Assembly: GCF_006345805.1 (NCBI RefSeq)
Contig: NC_043007.1
Location: 57,288,001 to 57,352,000, forward strand
Reading direction: 5' to 3'
Origin: Octopus sinensis
Taxonomy: Eukaryota
DNA: 64,000 nt
The notes under the pieces were generated by a model, which had not been told where the DNA came from, ran no database searches, and saw nothing but the letters and a program-made list of their open reading frames with translations. The number at the start of each line of letters is the position of its first letter. The stretch's first letter is position 1. A program made the position numbers and the translations under genes. Shown here piece by piece: positions 1-12,455 of this stretch.

Positions 1-494
1 TCAGTTTCCTATTCAAATCCGCTATTTTGCCTTTTAATTTAATATCTTCGTTATACATTATAAGAGTCCATTGATTTTTCGCTTCTTATCGCTGAATTTA
101 ATTCACTGACTTCGAGGAATAGATAAATCTTCCCGTGACTAAAACGACACTTTATTGAATATTTCCAGACGGTACCCTACAAAGGATATCAGCAAAGGAG
201 TGCAATGGACTTTCGGAAATCTAATTTAAGGCTTTTAAATTAATTTTTGAACGTCTTGGAAACCATGTTGTTCATCGTTATTTATGATGTGACACTTAAA
301 TATAATCAATAAAAACGAGGTAATAATACAAACAAAATCATTCTCTGCAAAGATCACCATAATTCTTTTACGTGTCATACAAATTACCCCAGTATTTTTC
401 GTTTGTTTTACTTTCTTCAATCAGCCATAATTTCAAAAAGATTCAGAAACACTAATCTGTTTCCCTAAATTTCTATTATTGTTGACGAGATGTA

Positions 495-580
495 CAAATT
501 TGCCTTTCATCGTTCTTCAGGTGGGGTGGACAAAATTAAGTGCAAGTTAAATACTTAGGTGGTTTTAATTGACCGTACTC
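495..580 (+). mobile_element. SINE family 1, internal fragment
   Basis: tttgcctttcatcgttc...ggacaaaattaagtgcaagtt matches the central part of the fuller copies at 1929 and 62776. Confidence 0.6.
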
Positions 581-744
581 TACATCGAAATAGGTGAATA
601 TCTGAAATTAACAGATACCAGACTGCAATCGGTAATAGGTAAACAAACACCACTTCATATAAAAGGCCCTTCCTAGGGTTTATCTTCAACGGATTTGAAC
701 GCAAGTATCATATATAAGCAATCAAAACATCTATTTAATTTATT

Positions 745-1320
745 TCTACAGACATGGCTGTTTGATTTAGAACTTCACTTTGTAACTTTATCGTTATAAG
801 TCTACCCTTCGTCCCTGCATTGAGTACTGTTGTCATATATGGGCAGGTGCCTCTGCGGATTGCTTAACTCTGTTAGACTGTATTCAACGCCGTATTTATA
901 ATGTTATTCGTCTTGATCTATCTTCTAAATTTGATTCACTCTCTCATCGTCGTCATGTGGCTTCCTTGTCTCTTTTCTATAAGTATTTTCATGGACATTG
1001 TTCAGCTGAGCTCTCTTCTCTTTAAGAACTCATCCTTTAAGAACTTATCAGCGATCAACTAGTCTTGCATCCAGTTCTCATCAGTATATTCTGCAATCTC
1101 CTAAGTGTCGTAAAGTACTTTACAGTACCAGTTTCTTCCCTCTCGCCTCTGAACTTTGGAATTCCCTCTCAGTCTTGTTTTTCTCTTCAATATGATCTCT
1201 TGTCTTTTAAGTCTAATGTACATCGTCACCTATTGACTTATGTCCAGCGTCCATTTATTCTAATAGCTCTTACATTTTCAGTGGTCTAAGGACCTTGTAA
1301 CGAGCGAATGCTTTAAAAAA
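745..1320 (+). mobile_element. CR1/Jockey-superclade LINE, decayed 3' end of ORF2
   Basis: Stitched translation YKSTLRPCIEYCCHIWAGASADCLTLLDCIQRR...LSHRRHVASLSLFYKYFHGHCSAEL...SFFPLASELWNSL...YDLLSFKSNVHRHL matches the post-RT C-terminus of CR1-like LINEs; short A tail at about 1315. Confidence 0.8.
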
Positions 1321-1434
1321 CTAAAACTGTTGTTCTGGGTTCGATCTGACTACATAACATCTTGCACAAATGCGACACTTGTTCAGTTGAGTGCAATTTG
1401 CTAATGTTCATCTTGGCTTACAAATAAGCCTTTA

Positions 1435-1482
1435 ACCGACTGAAGGAACCAACTCCAATGAGTGGAAACCTTAAGTATCGGT
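1435..1482 (+). ncRNA. Degenerate type I hammerhead ribozyme motif
   Basis: accga CTGAAG gaacca ACTC caat GAGT g GAAAC CTTAA GT A tcggt: stem I accga/tcggt, stem III AC/GT around palindromic CTTAAG, GUA site; junction into stem II irregular. Confidence 0.45.
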
Positions 1483-1561
1483 CATGAGATCTTGACTGTA
1501 AATATTAGTGCACAGCTATCAGATATGGAGTATTCTTTCCTTAATCTGTCACTGCTAACGT

Positions 1562-1619
1562 GTACACCCCCCCCCCGCACGCACGCACACACACACCACA
1601 CACACACACACACACACAC

Positions 1620-1663
<44 letters not shown>

Positions 1664-1720
1664 CAGTATTCATGTATACACACATATATACCTATATACA
1701 CGTGTGTGTGTCTATATACA
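1562..1720. repeat. Compound (C)n/(CA)n/(TA)n/(TG)n microsatellite
   Basis: Directly visible. Confidence 0.95.
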
Positions 1721-1928
1721 GGGGATTAGATAAACTGAGTGATTAAAATAGAACATTTCTTTATTAATATTCAAGATATACTCTTGAAATTACATAAATA
1801 TGGACATCAACATAGGCACCATTAAAATTCCATAACATTCTTTAATCTTTCATGATATTCCAACAAAATTTTCAGACACATCTGTGATTAAAATAAAAAG
1901 CAACAATAATATGCAATATGATTCTAGC

Positions 1929-2143
1929 AGGGCGACGAGCTTGCAGAATGGTTAGCACACCGGACAAAATGCTTACCAGCATTTTGTCCGGTTTCACATT
2001 CTGACTTCAAATTCTGCAGAGGTCGACTTTGCCTTTCATCCCATTTGAGGTCGATAAAATAAGCATCAGTTGATCACTAGGGTCGACGTAATAGACTTAC
2101 TCCTCGCCCAAAATTGCTGGCCTTGTACCAAAATTTGAAATCA
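1929..2143 (+). mobile_element. tRNA-derived SINE family 1, near full length
   Basis: A-box-like ttgcagaatgg, B-box-like acttcaaattc, central gcctttcatccc...ggtcgataaaataag, 3' ggccttgtaccaaaatttgaaa; many copies in window. May correspond to a published octopus SINE (OK/OR1/OR2); not verified. Confidence 0.85.
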
Positions 2144-2518
2144 CCACATGCTTCTAGGATGTGTGCAATACATCATTGATTTGATACTCTCAAGAAGAAA
2201 TCAAAGGCTGAAAGATTTAAGGCCCTGGCATATGTACGTTTTTTCGACCCATTAGTGTTTCTGAAAAGTTTTTATTCAAACACATGTGAACTGCGACTGC
2301 CTAATGTTGCTGCATACTGTTTTCTTCAAGAACAAAGCTGCTGGACTTACACCATAAACTATTATTTTAGCATATTAAAATAGCGTTAGGGAAATAAGTA
2401 TTCGTTAAAAAATGGTCCAGTAATTCTTTTAGAATTTATATATTCTCTGTAATTTGGAAAATTTTTATAAAGTACATAAATTACACAATAATAAAAATAT
2501 ATAATACAGTTCTATATT

Positions 2519-2686
2519 TAAGAGATGAGGAATTATGTACATTATTTATATTATTTACATTTGACGGATATTTGTCCTCATCTTTTGTTGTTAACACAAC
2601 GTTTCGGCTGATATACCCTCCAGCCTTCATCAGGTGTCTTGGGGAAATTTCGAACCTGGGTTTTCATTCCTAAGGTATTTTTCGAT
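2519..2686 (-). mobile_element. Solo PLE pseudo-LTR-like unit abutting (GTT)n/(ATT)n
   Basis: Short non-coding unit carrying the HHR at 2593-2638, next to a trinucleotide tract. Confidence 0.6.
2593..2638 (-). ncRNA. Minimal type I hammerhead ribozyme, canonical core
   Basis: gacac CTGATGA a GGCTG gagggtatat CAGCC GAAAC GT T gtgtt: 5-bp stems I and II; loopless palindromic stem III (AACGTT) as in dimer-dependent PLE HHRs. Confidence 0.8.
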
Positions 2687-2696
2687 GTTGTTGTTG

Positions 2697-2755
<59 letters not shown>

Positions 2756-2762
2756 GTTATAT
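2685..2762. repeat. (GTT)n(ATT)n microsatellite
   Basis: Directly visible. Confidence 0.95.
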
Positions 2763-3192
2763 TGGGAGCAGTTCTTAAGCACCCAATACAGTTCTCCCTG
2801 ATTGAGTACGAAACGTTTTGATAGCCTGAAGATACCAATACTCATCTACTATAGACAAATTGAGATTTGATAACTTTCTCATTATATATATTTTCTCTTT
2901 TGTTTATATGTTTCGCATTTGAACCAGCAATACGTACGATTAAGCTCTGTTTAAACTGGGTTTGATACTCCATTTCTAGTTAGTTTTTTCCTTAGCTCTT
3001 TAATATTCATATGGAAATTGTGAAATGTCGCGACATCATTGCTTTCTATACTCACCTTATATTGTTTTACATAACTGAACATCAATTGATGGATACCTAT
3101 GGTCGCGAAAGGTCAGGCAATTGACTATATTTATTGCTGGCATGAAAAAAATTGTACATAGAAGCACTCATGCACTTACTCAAATATATGTA

Positions 3193-3267
3193 TGTATTAT
3201 GTATGCATGAGTGTGCATCTGTGCATGTCTGTGTATTCGTATAGTTTATATGAATGTGTCTATATGC

Positions 3268-3315
<48 letters not shown>

Positions 3316-3340
3316 TATGTGTGTATGTATATATGTGTGT

Positions 3341-3408
<68 letters not shown>

Positions 3409-3462
3409 ATATACATGCACACACATTAGTGTGTGTGAGTGTGTTTGCACGAGTGTGTGTCT
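3193..3462. repeat. (TA)n/(TG)n compound microsatellite
   Basis: Directly visible; source of the YIYI ORFs. Confidence 0.95.
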
Positions 3463-3582
3463 AGGTACGTAAAACCACACATTATCATCTCTCCCATCAG
3501 ATCCTTTCTTTGCCAAGTAGTTTCTCGTAGCTTGGCATATCGATTGATGTGAAAATATTTTCCCCATTGCATCTATAGTCGC

Positions 3583-3748
3583 TTAGCAAGAAATCAATCT
3601 TCTAAATCTGTTGACATTGTAAAACTTTTCCAACGAAAATATTTGCAACAAGATATCTTTTGAAATTCTCTGCTGAATTTGCGGACAATCAATAACAAAT
3701 CCCGCAATTAGGTCCCCAGCAGATAATCGGATTGCATATAACACGTTT
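3583..3748 (-). CDS. Candidate terminal coding exon of an unidentified host gene
   Basis: Acceptor tcttttttaaag, phase 2 matching the exon at 4290-4407; reads NVLYAIRLSAGDLIAGFVIDCPQIQQRISKDILLQIFSLEKFYNVNRFRRLISC*. No family recognised. Confidence 0.22.
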
Positions 3749-3925
3749 CTTTAAAAAAGAATCTGAGCTGACATAAAACTTGCATAATAAATACATAAAT
3801 GCTGTTAATTTATTGATACAAATGCGATCTTTGTAAGTACAAATGATTAAACGAAATCGGAGAATAATTTACGAAAGTTGCTAATAGATTGTTGGTCATA
3901 TAAAACGTTTCCACTAAAATATTGT

Positions 3926-4152
3926 TGATATGTGTGTGTCTTTGTGGCTGTGTCTGTCCCCGCCACCACCGCTGCTTGACAACTGATTATGGCGTGTTTA
4001 CGTCCCCGTAACTTCGCAATTCAGCAAAAGTGGTTCATAGAATAAGTACCTGGTTTAACAAAGAAATTAAGCACGCGGGTCGATCCATTCGATTAAAATT
4101 CTTCAAGGCAGTGCCCTAGCATGACCTCTGATTGGAACAAGAAAAGAATAAA
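3926..4152 (+). mobile_element. SINE family 2, 3' half only
   Basis: gcttgacaac...gtttacgtccccgtaactt...agaataagtac...ggtcgat...ctagcatg...gaacaagaaaagaa matches the right half of the copy at 29422. Confidence 0.8.
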
Positions 4153-4289
4153 AATTTAAAACAAATAGTTAAGTATTTAACACATGAAGTGCTTCGAGGA
4201 TTGGTAATTTGTACTCTACCAGCAGCACGACGAGTACGGCGAGCACGGTGAGCACGGAGTTGTGTTCATGCAAAAGGCACTTAGCTTAC

Positions 4290-4407
4290 GTAGCTACAAA
4301 TAAGAATTGCATAGGACAATGCAATTCACCTAAATTACTGATGTAATCAAGATGGCCCCTGCATTGACGAGTGTTTCTTGAATGTACAGTACCAAGTTCA
4401 ATTTCTC
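4290..4407 (-). CDS. Candidate internal coding exon (118 nt)
   Basis: Strong acceptor ccttctttcgtttgtgctttcctgtag and donor AC|gtaagc; only one frame open: GEIELGTVHSRNTRQCRGHLDYISNLGELHCPMQFLFVAT. Confidence 0.3.
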
Positions 4408-5289
4408 CTACAGGAAAGCACAAACGAAAGAAGGGTATGATACACCATGTAATTCTATTTTCCATCCACTTAAATCTACACAACTTGCTTATTTGAAATA
4501 GAAATCTTTAGTTTGTAATTGTTTGAAGAAACAGAATCACTCACTCAGTAACTTTAGTGATTCGACAAAATATAAAAATCCAGTCAGACGTTTTATGATA
4601 TACCATCAAACTTTTAATTGAAGTTTATTACAAATAATATGTAATCATTTATGTTGTCTCTTTGTTTGGCTTGTTTCATTTGTCATGGATAAAATCATAC
4701 AGGAATACAATTCTCTTGCATGTGTGTATAATAATAATCAAAAAGAGTGATGCAACTTAAATGAAAGAACTCCACAACTGAAACTCTTTTATCAGAAATC
4801 GTTAGCTGATGGAAAATATGGATGTGAAACTGCTAAATAAATGAGTCTAGCCATTTCTTGGACATACCAGTTTCTATGGTAGATATGGTCAACATTATCC
4901 AAAATAATGCCACTTGCGATTATTTCGTAAACATGACATCACATATTCATAGGATTTCAAAAACTAATGTTAGGGTGAAATTCAGAGGCCTAAACTTATT
5001 ACGCCATAAAAGGGGTGACCTTAATCTATGATGCAAAGGAAAAATTTGTATAAGGAATTCTTTCTCAAAACAAACATGTTATATTATATTTATCAAGATA
5101 TTCAAATACTGATTGGGAAACCTTGATGGTTATATTGTTCTGTGCTAAATGTGAGCAGTGCTGCCCGCGAGGGCGATAGAATATTCTCTATGTGTACCAG
5201 TGAGAAAGAAGATGGTAGAGAGTGAAAGATGCAAGTCTATAAAAATTTTAGTCCCTGACTAACTTTCAAATACTCGTTTAAAATATTTT

Positions 5290-6395
5290 TAAATGCTATA
5301 CACAAAATTGTGTATCCCAATTTGGATTCTGCAATGAGACCTGTATCTCACAATGGAAGTCTGCCAGTTACAGTTCCACCAGATGATGGTATTGAAACAT
5401 CAGATGATGAAGCTGACTGTCACGATAGTGCTGATGAGGAAGGTTACGTGTCTGATGATGATAGCTTTGAACCTCAGAAATTCCCAAGCTGAACTGAGTG
5501 ACCAAACTGACAGACAAGAATATCATACAAGCCAGGACTGTCTAGCGTCATGAATACGCCCTTTGTAGATCCATGTAATGTTCTATCGCCTCCTTTGCAC
5601 ATAAAGCTTGGACTGATGAAACAATTTGTAAAGACACTAGAGAATGGAAATGCCAGAGGGTTTGAGTATATTGCAGAAAAGTTTCCCAAAATCACACAGA
5701 AGTTGAAATAGGGTATCTTTGTCGGACCCCAAATTAGAGAAGTACTCAAAGATGTCAACTTCAAGACAAAACTGAATGAACTGGAACTCTCTGCCTGGAA
5801 TGTTTTCAATTGGATCTGTGAGAATTTCTTGGGCAACAAGAAGGCAATGGACTACAAAAATGGAGCCAAGAATCTTCTGTAATTTTACTCAGCAATGTGT
5901 TGTCATATGTCACTGAAAGTTCACTTCTTGGACTTTCATCTGGATTTCTTCGTACCAGGACATTAGTGCTATGGAGAAACGGTACCAAGGCTTCTGGAAT
6001 GACAACATGCTGGCTGACTACTGCTGGACACTTTACCGTGATCAACCAGATCAGGAACACCGCAGGAAATCCAAATCACAATATCTCTAACTCTGTTCTT
6101 CTAACTTCGTCTGTTTTGTCTGACTCAATTTTTGTGTATTCACTCCTTGTAGAATGATAGTGATGATTTTTAACTCAACAAACTCATTTACTTTCTAAAA
6201 ATAATATATCCTTATTTATTACGTAATGATTTCATATATATACAAATATGTAAATATTTGCATGTATCTACTGAAAAACTGATACGTGCTGCATACAAAT
6301 GGAGTTAAAATTTGAAATCAGCATGAAAAATTAGTCTAAAAAAGTTGGTTTGCCTTCATAATGAGTATAAATACATTTAATTTTGTTGACCAGTG
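5290..6395 (+). mobile_element. Chapaev3-like (CMC) DNA transposon fossil
   Basis: Broken transposase motifs YPNLDSAMRPVSH, PPLHIKLGLMKQFVK, GIFVGPQIR, MSLKVHFL, MEKRYQGFWNDNMLADYCWTL; right end ...ttgaccagtg followed by tta (TWA-type TSD). Left TIR not found. Confidence 0.7.
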
Positions 6396-6529
6396 TTATT
6401 AATAATAAAATACTGGCCAAAAATCAACTAACAGTACTAACAGATATCACAGGATTTCCGTGAACCTTTGCAACCTACTACAAAGCGTGCAAACAACACA
6501 ATACGAAACTAGGAACTAGTCCAGTGGTT

Positions 6530-6670
6530 GATGTCTATCGATCTATCTATCTGTTTATGTATCTGTCAACCTGACTGTCTACCAGTTTATCTATCTATCA
6601 ATCAATCTATCGACCTACATACTTAACTACATATCTAAACATCCGTCCATCTACCTACCTACCTACCTAC

Positions 6671-6714
<44 letters not shown>

Positions 6715-6837
6715 CTATCTATCAACTTATTTATCTACTTGTTTATCTATCTAGTTACCAACCTGTAGATAGGCATACAGACTGATAGATAAATGGATAG
6801 ATTATCCATTATCTGTGTTTTTCTTTCTATCTATCTG

Positions 6838-6901
<64 letters not shown>

Positions 6902-7200
6902 CATGTCTGTCTGACTGTTTCTCTATCTCAGTACCTACTTATCTATCTGTTTCTCCATGTCCGTCTATCACTTCTACCAACTTATTTATCTGTATATCTG
7001 CCAGTCTATCAATGTAGCTATCAAACGATATGTCTGTTTACCCGTCAACCTATTCATCCATCCGTCGATCAATCTATTTATCCATCTATATACCTGTTTG
7101 TCTATCCATCCGTCCGTCGTCCGTTCATACGTTCGTTCGTCTGTCTGATTGTCTGCATGTCTATTTATCTAACTCCTATGACTGACTGGCGGGTAGGCCG
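6530..7200. repeat. (TATC)n/(CT)n/(CCTA)n and decayed derivatives
   Basis: Directly visible. Confidence 0.9.
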
Positions 7201-7500
7201 GCTGTCAGGTTGATCAGTTGGTCAGTTGTTCGGACGGCTGTTTTGTGTGTTTGCAACACATGCTGACATACGGTCTACGTAAACTCGAGGACGTGTGCTG
7301 GAAACGTTCTGAACCACGTCGATTGTTATTTGCGTATATGCCAATGCATGCCTTTCTGCCTAACTGTATGGATGTTCATATGTGTGCCGGGAAGTATGCG
7401 TGGATGTACGCACGTTTCTATGCATATGTATGTGTGCATGCATGCACACGCGTTTGTATGCATTTGTACGCATGCAATCATGATATATATGTATTTATCG

Positions 7501-7536
<36 letters not shown>

Positions 7537-7545
7537 GCTTGTATG

Positions 7546-7588
<43 letters not shown>

Positions 7589-7751
7589 ATATATATATAT
7601 GCATATGTGTGTGTATATGTACGTGCGTGCGGATGTGTGAATGAGTGTGTGTAATTGCTGCGCTCACTTTCGTTGACATTTTATTGTTCGGATGCATTAT
7701 CAGGCAACAAGACCATTTACCCACGACAACCCATCCCCGCCTAAAAACAAG

Positions 7752-7752
<1 letters not shown>

Positions 7753-7786
<34 letters not shown>

Positions 7787-8246
7787 GAAGAAGAAGAAGA
7801 AAGAAGAAGAAGAAGAAGAAGAAGAAGAAGAAGAAGAAGAAGAAGAAGAAGAAGAAGAAGAAGAAGAAGAAGAAGAGCAACAACAACAAGGATATACCAC
7901 AAGCCTCTTCATCAGCAACATCACCACCACCACCATCACCAATAGCAACAACAAACAATATTGTCACCGTGAAAATAACACAGTGCCAAATGTTTGCATA
8001 TTTTCCCTATCTCCTTTGAAAACAATATGTTGTCTAGTCTCAGAACAGCAACAGCAGCAGTAGCAGCAGCAGCAGCAGAAGCAGCAGCAACAATATCGAT
8101 AACAAAAACAACAACATCAACGACAATAACAACAGAAAGTGTCGGTAATACCAACAAATGCTGGACAGTGAAGAAACTAATACGAATAATAATGGTAGTG
8201 GTAATATTATAATAATAACGACAACAACAACAACAACAACAATAAC

Positions 8247-8302
<56 letters not shown>

Positions 8303-8320
8303 TAATAATAATAATAATAA
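7753..8320. repeat. Compound trinucleotide tract (GAT)n(GAA)n(CAA)n...(CAG)n...(ACA)n(ATA)n
   Basis: Directly visible; source of the poly-M/K/E/Q/I ORFs. Confidence 0.95.
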
Positions 8321-8321
8321 C

Positions 8322-9410
8322 AGTACCAAAAAAAGGATTATCTAAGTGAATTCCGAATACAACAAATTTCGGAATTAGACATACAAGAAACAAGAACAGA
8401 AAAAGCTAAACGCATGAAAACCCGTGCTAAAACTGCTGCCTTAGATATTCTAAATGATAAATGGCAAGAAAAACCTCTCACTGGCAACTACCCAAAGAGA
8501 ATGAATAATGCAGATGTTGACAAAGCCCTGACCCATCAATAGCTAATGGCCTCTGGCTTAAAATCTGAAACAGAAGGGTTAATCATAGCAGCTCAAGATC
8601 AATGCCTACTTACAAGGAACTACCAGGCCAACATATTAAAGAACAGCAGTAGCCGAACATGTCGTGTATGTCAACAACAAAATGAAGCCATTGATCATGT
8701 CTCCATGTGCAGTCTTCTTGAGCCTACAGAGTATCTCAACAGGCACGATAGAGCAGCACAATATATTCACTGGGTAATTTGCAAAAGTCTGGACTTGTCC
8801 CATGATAAAAACTGGTGGGAACACAAACCAACTCTAGTGCTTGAAAATGACCATATCTCACTCCTCTGGAACTTCACCATTCAAACTGACAGAAAGATAG
8901 ATGCGAATAGGCCAGACATCATATTGAAAGACTTCAGACAAAGAACATGTCTCCTCATTGATATGACTGTCCCAATCGATATAAACGTATCTGTCAAGAC
9001 CTACCAGAAACTGAGCAAATATAAAGATCTTGAAATAGCAATCAGCAAAATGTGGAACCTGAAGACTAAAGCAATACCTGTTGTCATAGGTGCCCTGGGA
9101 ATGATAGCAAAAGGAGCTGATTGCTACCTAACTCAGATACCAGGAAACCCCAAAATGGCAGAAATTCAAAAGATAGTGCTCATGGGAACTGCTCATATCC
9201 TACGCAAAATACTTTCTATGTAATCTCAAGTTTTAAAACAAACAATTTTCGTATGGATTGTTAGGCATTCACTAGTACAACACAAAGTACAAAACCAAAT
9301 ATATGGCACCCTAGGCATAACACCAACACGAACTTCCAACTTGTTGTCTCTTGAGGTCTCTGGGTGAGACTTGGAGCCAGCTTGTGCAAATGTAATGCAA
9401 AAATAATAAT
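8322..9410 (+). mobile_element. 5'-truncated R4/Dong-clade (R2 superfamily) non-LTR retrotransposon
   Basis: ORF 8546-9223: LKSETEGLIIAAQDQ, CCHC knuckle CRVC..E.IDH...C, RHD, restriction-like endonuclease NRPDII...LIDM..P...K..KY; flanked by (TAA)n. Confidence 0.9.
8546..9223 (+). CDS. C-terminal zinc knuckle + RLE endonuclease of the R4/Dong-like ORF (225 aa)
   Basis: Open frame in ORF track with the motifs above; N-terminus truncated. Confidence 0.8.
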   Translation: MASGLKSETEGLIIAAQDQCLLTRNYQANILKNSSSRTCRVCQQQNEAIDHVSMCSLLEPTEYLNRHDRAAQYIHWVICKSLDLSHDKNWWEHKPTLVLENDHISLLWNFTIQTDRKIDANRPDIILKDFRQRTCLLIDMTVPIDINVSVKTYQKLSKYKDLEIAISKMWNLKTKAIPVVIGALGMIAKGADCYLTQIPGNPKMAEIQKIVLMGTAHILRKILSM

Positions 9411-9412
9411 AA

Positions 9413-10105
9413 TAGACCACCTAATCTCAGGGTGTAGAGTCTTAGCACCTGCAGAATATAAAGCAAGACATGACAGAGTCGGCCAGTATTTACATTGGAC
9501 AATATGCCGGCATTATAAAATCAAAACCGCTGACAAATGGTATAAACATCATCCTGAAGCTGTGACTGAGGGAGAAAATGTATCGATTCTATAGGACTTC
9601 CCGTGCAGACCGACAGGACTATAAAAGCTAATAAATCGGATATTATAAAAGATCAGACAAAAAGGACGTGTTTATTAATTGATATGAGTATTCCCTGTGA
9701 TCACAATATAGCGGCGAAAGAATTTGACAAGATTATTAAATATAAAGACCTGCTAATAGAAATTGAAAAAATGTGGCATATCAAGGCGACTACAGTACCA
9801 GTGATTGTAGGATCTCTAGGAATGATAAAAAAAGGGTACTGAAACCTATTTGAAAATGATTCCAGGCTTACCATCCCTACAGGAAGTGCAAAAAATTGCA
9901 TTAACTGTAACGGCTCATGTACTGAGAAGAGCACTATCGCTGTGAAAATAACATCCATCCATGAATTTATTTATTTATTAATTTTTAAATACATATTTTA
10001 TCTGTGAATTTGCGCGTGTAATCTGGGAATACATACAATGCCCTTCTCTGCCCTAGGTGTATGGAAAACACCCGGCGAGAAACGGAAAAAAATTTGAAGA
10101 AAGAA
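9413..10105 (+). mobile_element. Second, diverged R4/Dong-like fragment in tandem
   Basis: DHLISGCRVLAPAEYKARHDRVGQYLHW...TDRTIKANKSDII...LIDMSIP...KYKDL..EIEKMW with frameshifts; begins at taataata and ends at the (AAT)n from about 10095. Confidence 0.85.
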
Positions 10106-10114
10106 GGAAAAAAC

Positions 10115-10183
<69 letters not shown>

Positions 10184-10212
10184 TAATAATAATAATAATA
10201 ATTACCCTTTTT

Positions 10213-10330
10213 CCTAAAGGCACAAGGTCTGAATTTTGCGGACGGTACTAGTCGATAACATCGACTCCAGTGTTTCACTTAATTTATCGACCGCGAAAAG
10301 ATGAAAGGCAAAATCGAAATTTGAACTCCA
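10213..10330 (-). mobile_element. SINE family 1, partial
   Basis: Reverse complement of the family-1 central and 3' region. Confidence 0.7.
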
Positions 10331-10492
10331 CATGCAACTAATTCGACAGACGTGACTTTGGAATATATTGAACTTAAGAACATATTGAAACCATTGCATT
10401 GTAATGTAATTTTCCAGCTTTTCTAAGCTGTCGTTGAGCAACAGACCATTTTTAATGTGGTTATTGAAACAACCAACTATTTTCATTTTAAA

Positions 10493-10531
<39 letters not shown>

Positions 10532-11205
10532 GAAATGAGGCACTCAGAAATATATATATGATGTTGCTGTAGAGTACATGAAATTCTGTGACATTAATTA
10601 CTGGACAGTTAATATCGTCTTATAATTTTATAGTAATTATAAAAGAAGCTTTTAAGTACGAATTCAGGACGCTAAGCGAAAAACTTTCTTCTAGAAAATG
10701 CGAACCAATGTAAATAACAAGTTTGATTTTAATCTTTAGGCATTGTTCTGGAATAATAAGAATGTAAATATTTTGGAAAATCGTCAGGCATTCTGGTTTA
10801 GATCTGGGATGAAAAGAGAGATTTTGACCTGACCGTGGCTATATATAATTAGCAAAGAATACTGTGCCAACATCGAGAGTAGAACACACAATCGACCCTA
10901 AAAGTTTTTCGTGAACAGACCTAATAGTTGGATACTCGTGATACTGGTGCAAAAAGCCTACCTTCTTCAGAAAACCTTTAATATGTACATTCAGAAGAAC
11001 TACTGATGGTCAGATTCACGTACTTAAATGGCTTGCAACAACAGCAAGGAGGAATCTTGTAGCCAAGAATAAAATCACCATGTTAGCAGAAAACTATAAG
11101 CCCATTGCTTGACTAAACAATACTCACAAGCTACACCAGCTGTCCTTTATGTGTTTGTAAGTATGTGCATGTGTGTATATGTTACACACACACACACACA
11201 CACGC

Positions 11206-11236
<31 letters not shown>

Positions 11237-11288
11237 ATATATTATATATATATATATTATATATATATATATATATACACTATATACA

Positions 11289-11323
<35 letters not shown>

Positions 11324-11409
11324 GTGTGTGTGTTGAGGGTGTGTATAAATATATCTGTCTGTTTTAATTTTCATATGTATATTCATATATGTATATATGC
11401 ATAAGCTTT

Positions 11410-12005
11410 GGGGTACAACAAGTATGCAGTTGGAAACATTCCGAAGTGCTTCTCACGTATACAGATTATATCAATGATTTAGCATTAATATCACACAAAT
11501 GAACAAGCCCAACTGTTTTTATTGCGAGTTGAGTCTTGTGGTTCACAGATTGGCTTACATTCAAAAGAGGTCAAAATTAAGTACATAGCTTACAACCAAG
11601 AAAGTAACCACCTATTAACTATGAATGGTTACGAGTTGGAAAAAGTAGATACATGCGAACAGGGCATTAATACTCGCGTTGGTAAAACATTTTAGGTTCT
11701 TTCAAAGACGGACATAATTTGAAATTCAAATCTAAATAGAGAACTTAAGATTAGTTTCTTTTGAGCAGCGATAGAAATCGTGCACTTATACGGCTGCACT
11801 ACATGGACTTTCACAAAAGCGCTGGAAAGAAAACTGGATGGAACACACACGCAATTTATGAGAGCAGCACTTAACATTAAATGGTAATCACAAACAACGA
11901 ACCAGATTCTTCGTGATAATTTTCCAAGAGTTACCATCATCTAAAAGGGAAAAAAGACTAGCATTCTGTGGACACTGCTTTCGTAGCAAGGATGAAGTAG
12001 AGATG
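11410..12005 (+). mobile_element. RTE/RTE-X-like LINE remnant (RT C-terminal half)
   Basis: YTDYINDLALIS..EQAQLFLLRVE...IGL, then LYGCTTWTFTKALERKLDGTHTQFMRAALNIKW...RLAFCGHCFRSKDE, with stops and shifts. Confidence 0.75.
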
Positions 12006-12455
12006 TGGGAACCAACTCTGAATTCGATTCCCATTTGGAGCCAGTTTGACTTCTTTGGACTTCTGTATTCATTTGGAATGAATGCCTGAATAATTATACC
12101 TGTTATTACAGATTAGAAATAAAATGAATTTACTAAATTGCTTACGCTTGGTGAACTGGGTTCCGTTCCTTATATGTGGTCGTAAGCTCAAATTCTGTTA
12201 CGTTTGTATAGAAAATTGCATTGAAAAATCATGATATATTAACTTCCAGATAAAAGGTTCGTCTCCAAGTTTTCAGTCCTACTACTTCGCCTCTCTTTTT
12301 ATTTTTATTCTTTCAGTTGTTACTATTGTTGATGCTTAGATTCCATGTCAGTCCGGATAGAACAACAGAACACATCTATGATCAAATATTTCCAATCTTA
12401 ACAACTTAGCATACTTTTTAAAAAATTTAAGTTTCTAAGACTGCATCATCTAACT

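Noticed and set aside
235-420. 61-aa hydrophobic ORF, possible receptor exon
   Set aside because: No recognisable motif, stops in adjacent frames, no convincing splice sites.
2795-2820. HHR-like CTGATTGA gtac GAAACGTT
   Set aside because: Extra base in the core and no stem I pairing.
7692-8063. Poly-M/K/E/Q ORF resembling a low-complexity protein
   Set aside because: Compound trinucleotide tract with no splice context or flanking domain.
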